Source: an uncultured virus (IMG/VR IMGVR_UViG_3300024319_000691)
Lineage: Duplodnaviria > Heunggongvirae > Uroviricota > Caudoviricetes
IMG/VR virus record: IMGVR_UViG_3300024319_000691
Strand: one strand, 5' to 3'
DNA length: 20,000 nucleotides
In this document: piece by piece, positions 8,438-16,317 of the stretch
How positions within the stretch are numbered: position 1 is the first letter of the stretch
How the letters are laid out: every line of letters begins with the position of its first letter
Translations under genes and position numbers: made by a program
Notes under the pieces: generated by a model
Seen by the model: the letters and a program-made list of their open reading frames with translations, nothing else
The model's database searches: none
What the model was told of the DNA's origin: nothing

Positions 8438-8725
8438 ATGTACACAGAACTTTCAAACAGAAACAAAGAATTACTTTTAAACGGAGCAAAAACAATAGGA
8501 TCCTTTACAGAAGGATATTACTATATTGAAGAAAGCCTATATAGCGATGAAGCTAATGAGCTTTATTCTTTTTGTGAATGGATCGACAATATTATTGGAG
8601 GTGCAGGCCCTGCAAACATTGAAACTCTATGGTTAGGATTTAAATATCCTGAAGTAGATGCATTTTCTGAATCTTGTGTCTATATAAAAAAGCAGATGGA
8701 CAGAATTAAAGCATACTCTATATAA
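8438..8725 (+). CDS. hypothetical protein
   Basis: 95-aa ORF directly after the repeat. Confidence 0.7.
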   Translation: MYTELSNRNKELLLNGAKTIGSFTEGYYYIEESLYSDEANELYSFCEWIDNIIGGAGPANIETLWLGFKYPEVDAFSESCVYIKKQMDRIKAYSI

Positions 8726-9084
8726 TGAAAACATATAAAATCCAAAGACAACCTCCATTCCGAGATTTTGCGATAGTTAAAACCTTAAGTGGAACTTATG
8801 TGTGCCCTGGATGGCATCCCGTTGAACCTGGAACTACACGAGAGCAGATAATCTTAGTAGAACCTGAAGACGCTCCAGTTATTAACAAACCTGTTAAAAA
8901 GTTAGTCACAAATCAAGTGAAACAAACTAAAACCTTTAAGGTATTATCTAGTAACGGTAAGTCATATTACAATGTTCAATTTAATGGTAAAGATTGGAGT
9001 TGTGATTGTCCCGCAAGTAATTTCTTTCGAGGTCCTTGTAAACACATTAAGGCAAAGAAAGAAGAATTAATAATTTCTAAATAA
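8725..9084 (+). CDS. SWIM zinc-finger protein
   Basis: YNV...WSCDCPASNFFRGPCKHI (CxC-xn-CxH). Confidence 0.82.
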   Translation: MKTYKIQRQPPFRDFAIVKTLSGTYVCPGWHPVEPGTTREQIILVEPEDAPVINKPVKKLVTNQVKQTKTFKVLSSNGKSYYNVQFNGKDWSCDCPASNFFRGPCKHIKAKKEELIISK

Positions 9085-9089
9085 TTTAT

Positions 9090-9269
9090 ATGAAAAAAGT
9101 TTTAAGTATTTTAAAAAGCATTGTAAGAGGATTGTCAAACCAATATTTCAGATTAATGGGATTTTTATGGATTTTTGCATCTTTTGCCTATATTGGAGAC
9201 CCTGAATTCTGGACAGTTTTAGGGTTTGGGACTGTATTTACAGGTATTCAAAGTATTATTGAAAAATAG
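9090..9269 (+). CDS. small membrane protein (59 aa)
   Basis: Hand-translated MKKVLSILKS...LMGFLWIFASFAYIG...WTVLGFGTVFTGIQSIIEK, with two hydrophobic segments. Confidence 0.6.
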   Translation: MKKVLSILKSIVRGLSNQYFRLMGFLWIFASFAYIGDPEFWTVLGFGTVFTGIQSIIEK

Positions 9270-9312
9270 TAAGATAATAATCAATAAATGGTAATTATCC
9301 AAGAGTAAAACA

Positions 9313-9320
9313 GATAAATA
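9313..9320 (+). promoter_or_regulatory. GATAAATA late-promoter-like box
   Basis: Lies upstream of the structural-like ORF at 9357 and resembles the T4 late box TATAAATA. Confidence 0.4.
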
Positions 9321-9356
9321 CTCTATAACAATTTTAAAAAAATCATAATTTTTAAT

Positions 9357-9905
9357 ATGGCATTACAAATAGGTGGGCAAATTAGCCTTTCAAATATTAC
9401 CGCAGAAATGGGACAAATTAATTCAAACGTTAGTTTGGGTGGTTTATCAACTCATTCAACTCTAAATGATCAGAGTCCAAGTAAACCGAATGAATCACAG
9501 CCACATGCTATGTCTGAGTTCTTTGCTTATGACCATTCCTACTCAAGTCTTAAAAATCTTATGGGAAGTTCAGAAGTTTCCACACGTGTTAAATGGTTTG
9601 ATGTATGTTTAGAAGATATGAAATTCTTCTACTTCCATAATGGAACCGGTAAATTACCGTTAGTTGGAAATTATATTTACACAAATCAATCCGGCTCGTT
9701 GACCGGGACTGCTCACATTAAAATACAAGGTGTTGAAGATTTCGATAAAGCAGAAATTGTTATAGCAACAGTTTCAGGTGGAAGAGTTACATCGATTAAT
9801 TCATGTGAAGGTATTGGAGAAGGACCGAACGATCCAGGTTTGAATCCAGGACCAAGTGAACCAAGCGAACCAGGCTCAGGCGACGAAGATCCATTCAGAA
9901 GATAG
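9357..9905 (+). CDS. putative virion-associated (tail-fibre/adhesin-type) protein
   Basis: N-terminus MALQIGGQISLSNITAEMG...VSLGGLS...PHAMSEF resembles the N-termini of small phage tail-fibre-associated proteins; it ends in a Pro/Gly/Glu-rich tail. Confidence 0.5.
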   Translation: MALQIGGQISLSNITAEMGQINSNVSLGGLSTHSTLNDQSPSKPNESQPHAMSEFFAYDHSYSSLKNLMGSSEVSTRVKWFDVCLEDMKFFYFHNGTGKLPLVGNYIYTNQSGSLTGTAHIKIQGVEDFDKAEIVIATVSGGRVTSINSCEGIGEGPNDPGLNPGPSEPSEPGSGDEDPFRR

Positions 9906-9938
9906 GACAAATAATATAGCTATTATTTAACATTAAAG

Positions 9939-9967
9939 AAAGTGAGATTTATTCTCACTTTTTTTTT
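9939..9967 (+). terminator. intrinsic terminator
   Basis: AAAGTGAGA-tttat-TCTCACTTT followed by a T-run. Confidence 0.8.
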
Positions 9968-9977
9968 GCTAAACAGT

Positions 9978-10004
9978 GAAACAAACACACCCTCCCTGAT
10001 ATAA
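9978..10004 (+). promoter_or_regulatory. putative ECF-type promoter GAAAC-N16-ATATAA heading the tRNA cluster
   Basis: GAAAC at 9978-9982 and ATATAA at 9999-10004, just after the terminator. Confidence 0.6.
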
Positions 10005-10014
10005 ATACAGTAAC

Positions 10015-10116
10015 ATGAACAAATTGAAAATCAAATTGAAAATGTGGATTATAGAAAAAACTATTCCAATTTGGTTTAGAGGTTTAAAGAAGCCTCGTTT
10101 GTGGAACGTTCTTTGA
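10015..10116 (+). CDS. small basic peptide (33 aa)
   Basis: Hand-translated MNKLKIKLKMWIIEKTIPIWFRGLKKPRLWNVL, 10 nt after the promoter motif. Confidence 0.4.
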   Translation: MNKLKIKLKMWIIEKTIPIWFRGLKKPRLWNVL

Positions 10117-10139
10117 ATTATAGGTTGTAAGTACTAAAT

Positions 10140-10225
10140 GCTCGAGTGGTGGAATTGGTAGACACGATGGACTTAAAATCCATTGAGCAGTAATGTTCGT
10201 GCGGGTTCAAGTCCCGCCTCGAGTA
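10140..10225 (+). tRNA. tRNA-Leu (UAA)
   Basis: Acceptor GCTCGAG/CTCGAGT, anticodon arm ATGGA-CTTAAAA-TCCAT, long variable arm, T-loop GTTCAAG; no encoded CCA. Confidence 0.95.
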
Positions 10226-10231
10226 CAACAT

Positions 10232-10345
10232 AGAAAAGCAAGAGATAAAGGTAAACTCCATATACACTATGGTCCGGCCGAAACAGCGTATCAAATTCTA
10301 ACAAGGAGACTGACGAGTCTCGCGCTTAAGGGTAGCTTCTTTTCT
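10232..10345 (+). ncRNA. candidate structured RNA in the tRNA cluster spacer
   Basis: Closing stem AGAAAAG/CTTTTCT with internal helices CCATA/TATGG, AGCG/CGCT and GAGAC/GTCTC; GC-richer than its flanks. Confidence 0.4.
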
Positions 10346-10379
10346 TTATAATTCACAAATCAAATTAAACTTAACGAAT

Positions 10380-10453
10380 GGACTAGTAGCTCAGCTGGAT
10401 AGAGCATCGCCCTTCTAAGGCGACGGTCGTAGGTTCGAATCCTACCTGGTTCA
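10380..10453 (+). tRNA. tRNA-Arg (UCU)
   Basis: Anticodon arm TCGCC-CTTCTAA-GGCGA with canonical D and T arms. Confidence 0.95.
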
Positions 10454-10457
10454 CAAT

Positions 10458-10530
10458 GATCTCTTAGCTCAGTTGGTAGAGCATCACACTTTTAATGTGA
10501 GGGTCCAGGGTTCGAGCCCCTGAGGGATCA
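10458..10530 (+). tRNA. tRNA-Lys (UUU)
   Basis: Anticodon arm TCACA-CTTTTAA-TGTGA; acceptor GATCTCT/AGGGATC. Confidence 0.95.
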
Positions 10531-10539
10531 CGAATATAT

Positions 10540-10613
10540 ACTCTTGTAGCTCAATCGGTTAGAGCAGGATCCTTATACGGTCAAGGTTACGGGTTCAAGT
10601 CCCGTCGAGAGTA
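10540..10613 (+). tRNA. tRNA-Ile (UAU)
   Basis: Acceptor ACTCTTG/CGAGAGT with discriminator A; anticodon loop CTTATAC (anticodon TAT); T arm ACGGG-TTCAAGT-CCCGT. Confidence 0.88.
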
Positions 10614-10622
10614 CCCTTTAAT

Positions 10623-10865
10623 ATGAAAGAATTTAATAAAGAAGAAATTAACAGAATAATAGAAATGGCATGGGAAGACAGAACTCCATTTAGCGCCATA
10701 GAATTTCAATTTGGTATTAAAGAAAATGATGTTAGAAAAATAATGAGATCTAACATGAAAGAATCTTCATTTAAGATGTGGAGAAAAAGAGTTAAGGGTA
10801 GAAAAACCAAACACAACTTCTCTCCTTCTGATTTTAGATTTAAATCAAGCAACCAAAAAAATTAA
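10623..10865 (+). CDS. TIGR03643/DUF2805-family protein
   Basis: RIIEMAWEDRTPF...IEFQFG...SSFKMWRKRV.GRKTKH. Confidence 0.85.
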   Translation: MKEFNKEEINRIIEMAWEDRTPFSAIEFQFGIKENDVRKIMRSNMKESSFKMWRKRVKGRKTKHNFSPSDFRFKSSNQKN

Positions 10866-10873
10866 ATCTAAGA

Positions 10874-11206
10874 ATGTACAAGAAGGAAATAATAAAATTA
10901 TGGAATCATTTTAAAAGGTGGTTTATTTCTAAAGTCTTAAAAAAGAAGATAACATTTACAAGTGACGATTGGACAGGAGAAGTAGAAGTGTACTATTATA
11001 AAGGTGAAACTAGAATGACATGGTCTAGGGGAAATAACGCAATGCCAGATGGTGTTAGAAATAGAGCGTTTATCTTTTGCCATTCAGATACTGCACGTCA
11101 TATACCTGAAGGATATTGCAAGTTCTTATACACTATAATAATACCAGAAGGATGGACAAACTCTGGAGAACAGTTTACGGTAACTAGGTATATTAAACAT
11201 TCTTAA
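10874..11206 (+). CDS. hypothetical protein
   Basis: 110-aa ORF in the operon; no motif recognised. Confidence 0.6.
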   Translation: MYKKEIIKLWNHFKRWFISKVLKKKITFTSDDWTGEVEVYYYKGETRMTWSRGNNAMPDGVRNRAFIFCHSDTARHIPEGYCKFLYTIIIPEGWTNSGEQFTVTRYIKHS

Positions 11207-11220
11207 AATTTGGAGTATAA
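11194..11220 (+). promoter_or_regulatory. putative ECF-type promoter TAAAC-N16-GTATAA
   Basis: One mismatch in the -35 element with the exact spacer; ATG at 11226. Confidence 0.5.
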
Positions 11221-11225
11221 ATACC

Positions 11226-11450
11226 ATGACAGGAACAGAATACATGGATTTATCCATAGAAAATACATTTAACGTACTAACAGGAGCTCAAACCTTCGAA
11301 GAGATATTACTCAACGCAACAGAACCGCCTATATTCTTTATAGAACCTGGTGAAGGCCTAGATAACGATCAAATAGACGTAATGATAGAACATTATGAAT
11401 ATTTTGAACAGTATGAGAAGTGTGGTCTTCTACTTAAAATGAAATCTTAA
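11226..11450 (+). CDS. hypothetical acidic protein
   Basis: 74 aa; the C-terminal EHYEYFEQYEKCGLL helix is UVR-like. Confidence 0.6.
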   Translation: MTGTEYMDLSIENTFNVLTGAQTFEEILLNATEPPIFFIEPGEGLDNDQIDVMIEHYEYFEQYEKCGLLLKMKS

Positions 11451-11558
11451 TACTATATCATTCTACTCTTTTACGTAAAATGACTCTTATGGAGCTACTT
11501 ATGAATATATAAGTTATATGAATGCACAACGCGTTCATTCTTAAAAATAGTGAAAGTC

Positions 11559-11837
11559 ATGAAAAAACTTATAAGTTGGATTAGCCAAATCTTACGAGAC
11601 GAAAGAGGCAATCCATCATCAAAAAGAGTTGTTGGCGTACTAGCTGGTCTTAGTTTATGTGTTACATTAATAATGAACCAATTTACTGATATAGCAATAG
11701 CGCCCTCAGACACACTAGTTAATGCAGTTGCTGCCCTTGCTTTCGGAGCCTTGGGTTTATCTTCAGCTGATAAGATTTGGGGTAAACTCCAAGGAAAAGA
11801 AGAAGCTAAAGAAGAAGCTAAAGAGGAAGAACTTTAA
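11559..11837 (+). CDS. two-TM membrane protein, holin-like
   Basis: DERGNPSSKRVVG followed by two hydrophobic helices and a charged KEEA-repeat tail. The ATG at 11559 is preferred to the GTG at 11550. Confidence 0.55.
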   Translation: MKKLISWISQILRDERGNPSSKRVVGVLAGLSLCVTLIMNQFTDIAIAPSDTLVNAVAALAFGALGLSSADKIWGKLQGKEEAKEEAKEEEL

Positions 11838-11870
11838 GAAAGAAGCGTAAGCGATTAGCATAATCTAAAT

Positions 11871-11898
11871 AAAGGGACAGAGAAATCTGTCCCTTTTT
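11871..11898 (+). terminator. intrinsic terminator
   Basis: AAAGGGACAGA-GAAA-TCTGTCCCTTT followed by TT. Confidence 0.8.
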
Positions 11899-11933
11899 AC
11901 ATTATATTCATTAAGATATAATTATTCGTATAT

Positions 11934-11960
11934 GAAACATTTATATTTAGATGAATATAA
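11934..11960 (+). promoter_or_regulatory. putative ECF-type promoter GAAAC-N16-ATATAA
   Basis: GAAAC at 11934-11938 and ATATAA at 11955-11960, after the terminator. Confidence 0.6.
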
Positions 11961-11980
11961 TTAGTAACAAAACTAATAAG

Positions 11981-12772
11981 ATGATAGCACACGTATTCGA
12001 CGTAGATGGGACACTAACCCCAAGCAGGCTTTCAATGGATCCTAAATTTAAAAAATACTTTTTAAAATGGATGAAAGGTAAAACTGTAATATTCGTAACA
12101 GGATCAGATAAAGATAAAACAATCGAACAAATAGGATTAGATGTATGGAATGAAGCAACTGCATGCATGCAGTCTTGTGGAAATCATATATTTGTTAAAG
12201 GAGAAGAGGTTTCTAGAAATTCTTGGAAAGCCGATGAAGGATTGATTTCTTTACTTGAACAATTTTTGGTAATTTCTAAATATAGAAAAAGAACATCAAA
12301 CCACATTGAACACAGAATAGGACTTTGTAATTTTTCAGTAATTGGAAGAGATTGTTCTCAAAGAGAAAGAGAAGACTATGCAGAATGGGATGATTTCAAT
12401 AAGGAACGATTAGATATGGCACAACTCATTAATGAAAACTTCCCTGAATTAGAGGCTTCGGTCGGTGGTCAAATCTCAATAGACATACACCCTAAAGGAG
12501 CAAACAAGAGTCAAGCTAAGAAATGGATCTTAGAAAATATAGGAGAAGATACGGTTATTAGATTCTATGGAGATAAAACTGAAAAAGGAGGAAATGACTA
12601 TGACCTTGCTAATGTTTTAAAATTACCTCATGAAGTATTTCAGGTTAAAGATTGGGAACATACTTATAGAATATTAAAGGACAGTAAGAAAAGAGATAAA
12701 TGGCTCGTAGACCAATATAATAGAAATAGATCTTCAGCAGATCAGATTAATAACATTGATGACATAAAATAA
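11981..12772 (+). CDS. eukaryote-type phosphomannomutase (HAD-IIB, PMM family)
   Basis: FDVDGTLT, VTGSD, IEHRIGLCNFSVIGR, GGQISIDI and FYGDKTEKGGNDY. The start is moved to 11981 because 11951 lies within the promoter motif. Confidence 0.88.
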   Translation: MIAHVFDVDGTLTPSRLSMDPKFKKYFLKWMKGKTVIFVTGSDKDKTIEQIGLDVWNEATACMQSCGNHIFVKGEEVSRNSWKADEGLISLLEQFLVISKYRKRTSNHIEHRIGLCNFSVIGRDCSQREREDYAEWDDFNKERLDMAQLINENFPELEASVGGQISIDIHPKGANKSQAKKWILENIGEDTVIRFYGDKTEKGGNDYDLANVLKLPHEVFQVKDWEHTYRILKDSKKRDKWLVDQYNRNRSSADQINNIDDIK

Positions 12773-12891
12773 TGGTTATAAAAATAATATTAGGTGCATT
12801 TGTAATATCATGGGTTGGAATAATCTATTCAATGATAACCGCCCCTCTAGTTGATGAAAACGGCAATATCATTAAAGAAGAGGATAAATAG
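12772..12891 (+). CDS. small single-TM protein (39 aa)
   Basis: Hand-translated MVIKIILGAFVISWVGIIYSMITAPLVDENGNIIKEEDK; TAATG coupling to the upstream gene. Confidence 0.55.
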   Translation: MVIKIILGAFVISWVGIIYSMITAPLVDENGNIIKEEDK

Positions 12892-12894
12892 AAT

Positions 12895-13488
12895 ATGAAA
12901 GCACATACCTTTAAAACACCTGAAAATCATGCAACTGATTTCTATTATTTTGATAATGGATTCGATTCAGCAGAATTAGAGAAAATATCTAAAATGGTAG
13001 GAGAACTCCCGTTTTATAATGCAACTACAGCTGCTGGTGAAATAGACTCAAGAAAATCTAAATTAAAATGGATTCCACAAACTAAAGAGTGGGATTGGCT
13101 TTATGAAAAATTAATGATGTTTGCAGAAACAGCAAATAATGAAATGTGGAATTTTGATTTAATATCTGCACCTGAAAATATACAATACACAGAATATCAT
13201 GGAACTAATATGGGTGAATATGGATGGCATCAAGATATTGGACCAAATGAATTATCTGTTAGAAAAGTTTCTATAACAGTTCAATTGTCAGACGATACTG
13301 AATATGAAGGAGGAGAACTATTATTTTGGATGGGTGGAAACAGCCTTGAAAATAATAATTTAATAGCACCGAGAGGAAAAGGAACCGTTGTCCTATTTCC
13401 AAGCTATATGGTCCATGCAGTTAAGCCAGTAACTAAAGGAATAAGAAAGTCATTCGTCCTGTGGTTAGGAGGAGGACATTATAAATAA
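12895..13488 (+). CDS. 2OG-Fe(II) oxygenase (PKHD/prolyl-hydroxylase-like)
   Basis: WHQD (HxD), RKVSITVQLS, YEGGEL, FPSYMVHAVKPVTKGIRKSFVLW. Confidence 0.92.
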   Translation: MKAHTFKTPENHATDFYYFDNGFDSAELEKISKMVGELPFYNATTAAGEIDSRKSKLKWIPQTKEWDWLYEKLMMFAETANNEMWNFDLISAPENIQYTEYHGTNMGEYGWHQDIGPNELSVRKVSITVQLSDDTEYEGGELLFWMGGNSLENNNLIAPRGKGTVVLFPSYMVHAVKPVTKGIRKSFVLWLGGGHYK

Positions 13489-13492
13489 ACAA

Positions 13493-13597
13493 ATGACAGA
13501 TCCTGAAGACGAATACGACGACATTGAAAATACCGAATATGATGGTATATCAATAAACAAACCCACTGAATATAACGATGACGATTATGACTACTGA
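13493..13597 (+). CDS. very acidic small protein (34 aa)
   Basis: Hand-translated MTDPEDEYDDIENTEYDGISINKPTEYNDDDYDY; it fills the intergenic gap exactly. Confidence 0.45.
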   Translation: MTDPEDEYDDIENTEYDGISINKPTEYNDDDYDY

Positions 13598-13598
13598 T

Positions 13599-13997
13599 AT
13601 GGAATTAATATCAACACATCCAGTAAAAAAATCAGACCTGGGTTTTCACGGAAATCTTTTTGGAGGTAAATTATTAGCATGGGTAGATGCAGCTGGAGCT
13701 TCTTATGCTTCACAAGTATGTGATACTCCTCGAATGGTAACCGTTCTTATAGATGAATGTGTTTTTAAAAAACCAGCAAAGGAAGGACATCTACTAAAAA
13801 TATATGGAGATGTAAAGAGCATAGGAAGAACGTCAGTCACTCTTTCTATTGAAGCAAGATCACATAATGTATATGACGGAAGACAAGCTATTATTCTAGC
13901 AACCAATATTAAATTTGTTAGAATAGATGAACAAGGAGAAGCTATTCCAGTAGGTCAAAAAGTTAAAGATAAATTTAAAAAATCAGAACAAAATTAA
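13599..13997 (+). CDS. acyl-CoA thioesterase (HotDog fold, YciA-like)
   Basis: DLGFHGNLFGGKLLAWVDAAG, FKKP, GRTS, FVRIDEQG. Confidence 0.9.
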   Translation: MELISTHPVKKSDLGFHGNLFGGKLLAWVDAAGASYASQVCDTPRMVTVLIDECVFKKPAKEGHLLKIYGDVKSIGRTSVTLSIEARSHNVYDGRQAIILATNIKFVRIDEQGEAIPVGQKVKDKFKKSEQN

Positions 13998-14006
13998 AGA
14001 CACTCT

Positions 14007-14014
14007 GATATATA
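14007..14014 (+). promoter_or_regulatory. GATATATA late-promoter-like box
   Basis: Intergenic, upstream of the ATG at 14040. Confidence 0.45.
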
Positions 14015-14039
14015 CCCTAAACAAAATTATAACCAAAGA

Positions 14040-14528
14040 ATGAGAGCACTTATCGTAATTGCACAACCAAATATGAATAGTTTCGAACAGACTACAATGT
14101 TAAGAACTATTGCAAGAGTATTTGACGTATTAGAAATAAAACATGAAGTATTAGATCTTTATGTAAACGGAAAAGTAGGTCCTGAGGCTAAGCCAAAAAA
14201 CTTTAATTTAAGAGTTAAAAATGCAACACATGTGTATATCATCGCAAATTCTGCATGGTTACCTTTAGTTGATTTATTCTTAGAACCATTTGATTTTGAA
14301 GGAAAGCATATTGAAGCTATGATTTCTCATAACAGATCTAAAAGTATTTGGAGATGGTTAAGTGCAGAATCTAGATTAGCACAATCTGCGTTTGGTTCTT
14401 CTATTAAAAAATTATTTAAGATTAAGGCAAGTCACCTATGGGATGTAGATGAACTTACTAGACTTGAGAAGACAAATTATATTAAACAGATTAGAGAAGA
14501 AATCTTAAATGATTTCGATGCAAAGTAA
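14040..14528 (+). CDS. divergent flavodoxin-like fold protein
   Basis: MRALIVIAQPNMNSF and EVLDLY resemble the Flavodoxin_2 N-terminus; the FMN-binding P-x-W-W motif is eroded. Confidence 0.55.
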   Translation: MRALIVIAQPNMNSFEQTTMLRTIARVFDVLEIKHEVLDLYVNGKVGPEAKPKNFNLRVKNATHVYIIANSAWLPLVDLFLEPFDFEGKHIEAMISHNRSKSIWRWLSAESRLAQSAFGSSIKKLFKIKASHLWDVDELTRLEKTNYIKQIREEILNDFDAK

Positions 14529-14548
14529 TCTATTTTATAGTATATCAG

Positions 14549-14576
14549 AAGGGAATAAAGCAATTTATTCCTTTTT
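14549..14576 (+). terminator. intrinsic terminator
   Basis: AAGGGAATAAA-GCAA-TTTATTCCTTT followed by TT, directly before repeat copy 4. Confidence 0.7.
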
Positions 14577-14598
14577 GGGGACTAAATTGAAAATAAAT

Positions 14599-14659
14599 TG
14601 AAAATAAACAGCTAAAAGTTTTTTTATCTCAGATTTTTTGCTTATATTAGTATAGTAAT
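14599..14659 (+). promoter_or_regulatory. 61-bp conserved repeat copy 4, putative early promoter
   Basis: Gap-free match to the other copies; ATG at 14677; its 5' end is part of an 11-bp tandem duplication. Confidence 0.75.
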
Positions 14660-14676
14660 AATCAAACAAACAAAAT

Positions 14677-15000
14677 ATGTCAAACATCCTAACATTCGTA
14701 CTTAGAAACTCTATGGGAGATTCAACAAACAATGGTCTATCTTCAAGAGAAGACTCTATTATTCTGCACTATGGCCCTGATGCCGATTTAGCAGATTTAA
14801 CCTTAATTCCAGATGATGAATTGGTTTTAGTAGAAAGACAGCTATTCGGAAAGGAAGCATGGTATGCAGTTCCTGCCGGATTATACAAGAACAATAAACA
14901 CACAATGTTTGGCGGCAATTTTATTCACACTTCAGACTCAAGATTTCCATCTTCTGCACCAATTGCAGTTCATGACAGAGTAGAATCTAATAACTATTAA
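14677..15000 (+). CDS. hypothetical phage protein
   Basis: 107 aa; GDSTNNGLSS...MFGGNFIHTSDSRF...IAVHDRVE. Confidence 0.7.
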   Translation: MSNILTFVLRNSMGDSTNNGLSSREDSIILHYGPDADLADLTLIPDDELVLVERQLFGKEAWYAVPAGLYKNNKHTMFGGNFIHTSDSRFPSSAPIAVHDRVESNNY

Positions 15001-15001
15001 T

Positions 15002-16294
15002 ATGAAAGAATTAAAACTTACACAAGAATTTGTAAACGAATCTAATTCAACAAATTCAAACACGGACAAGATTAACGTAATTAAGAAGTATTCTAATCAA
15101 CCAGATGTTCTTAAAGTGCTGCAGTATACATACGACACGTTTAAACAGTATTATGTTACTTCAAAAAACTGTAAGAAGAGAAGTGATCTAGTGCTTCCTT
15201 TCGGATCTTATACTGATATCTTCTCTTTGTTAGATGCATTGAGTTCTCGACAAATAACTGGTCATTCTGCGATTGAAGCGGTAAATACATTTGTAGAAGA
15301 GAATAAAGAATACTCTGATCTTATTTGGAATATCATTGACGGAAACCTAAAAACTAGGTCAACTATTTCTATGATTAATAAAGTTGTACCGGGTTTAATT
15401 CCAACCTTTGACGTAGCACTCGCTCAAGCGTATGACGAAAAGACTAAAAAGAAAGTAGATTGGAATGACGGATGGTATGTTAGTCGTAAACTAGATGGTG
15501 TTAGATGTCTAGCAATTATTGATGATAAAGGAGATGTTAATTTCTATAGTAGAGCAGGAAAAGAATTTACAACACTAGATTCTTTGAAACCTTCTATCCA
15601 AAGATTAGGTCTTACGAATATGGTGTTTGATGGTGAAGTTTGTATGGTAGATGAAAATGGAAATGAAGATTTCCAAGGTATCATTAAGCAAATTAAAAGA
15701 AAAGATCATACTATTACAAATCCATTTTATCATATCTTTGATTTATTGACCATTAAAGAATTTAACGATAAAGAATCTATTACCTCTTTTAGTGAAAGAC
15801 AATCTAACCTTAGAGCGTATGTTCTAGATGGCGATCAATTTATTAGCCACCTTGTTCAAATGTTAGGAGATGATCTTGTAATGGAAAGAATGATGGAACT
15901 ATCGAAAGAAGGAGGATGGGAAGGACTAATGCTTCGTAAGAATACAACATACCAAGGAAAACGTTCTAGTGATGTTCTTAAGGTTAAGAAATTCTATGAT
16001 GATGAATATTATGTAGTTGATTTAGAGAATGCTCTTAATAGAGTTATCGTTGACGGGAAAGAAGTTGAAGAAATGATGCTTAAGAATGTTGTAGTTGAAC
16101 ATAAAGGAAGTAGAGTTCAGGTTGGTTCTGGTTTTTCACATGAACAAAAAAGATTTTATTTTAAAAATCCTGATAAAATTCTAGGAAAGCAAATCACTGT
16201 TCAATATTTTGAAGAAACTACAAATCAACATGGAGAACATTCACTTAGGTTCCCTGTGATCAAAGCGGTTTATGAAACAGAGCGTACCTTTTAA
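15002..16294 (+). CDS. ATP-dependent DNA ligase
   Basis: Motif I SRKLDGVR, FDGE, IFDL, EGLMLR, LKVK and the OB-fold GSGF...LRFP. Confidence 0.95.
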   Translation: MKELKLTQEFVNESNSTNSNTDKINVIKKYSNQPDVLKVLQYTYDTFKQYYVTSKNCKKRSDLVLPFGSYTDIFSLLDALSSRQITGHSAIEAVNTFVEENKEYSDLIWNIIDGNLKTRSTISMINKVVPGLIPTFDVALAQAYDEKTKKKVDWNDGWYVSRKLDGVRCLAIIDDKGDVNFYSRAGKEFTTLDSLKPSIQRLGLTNMVFDGEVCMVDENGNEDFQGIIKQIKRKDHTITNPFYHIFDLLTIKEFNDKESITSFSERQSNLRAYVLDGDQFISHLVQMLGDDLVMERMMELSKEGGWEGLMLRKNTTYQGKRSSDVLKVKKFYDDEYYVVDLENALNRVIVDGKEVEEMMLKNVVVEHKGSRVQVGSGFSHEQKRFYFKNPDKILGKQITVQYFEETTNQHGEHSLRFPVIKAVYETERTF

Positions 16295-16300
16295 ATATAA
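16274..16300 (+). promoter_or_regulatory. putative ECF-type promoter GAAAC-N16-ATATAA
   Basis: GAAAC at 16274-16278, ATATAA at 16295-16300, ATG at 16318. Confidence 0.6.
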
Positions 16301-16317
16301 TTAATTAAATCCCATAT

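Noticed and set aside
10249..10336. c-di-GMP-I riboswitch or canonical hammerhead call
   Set aside because: Only scattered words match (GGTAAAC, CCGGCC, GGTAGC; CTGACGA, GAAA), and the required stems cannot be built convincingly.
14584..14605. Tandem AAATTGAAAAT duplication (similar one at 10020-10043)
   Set aside because: Short and AT-rich; compatible with slippage or chance.
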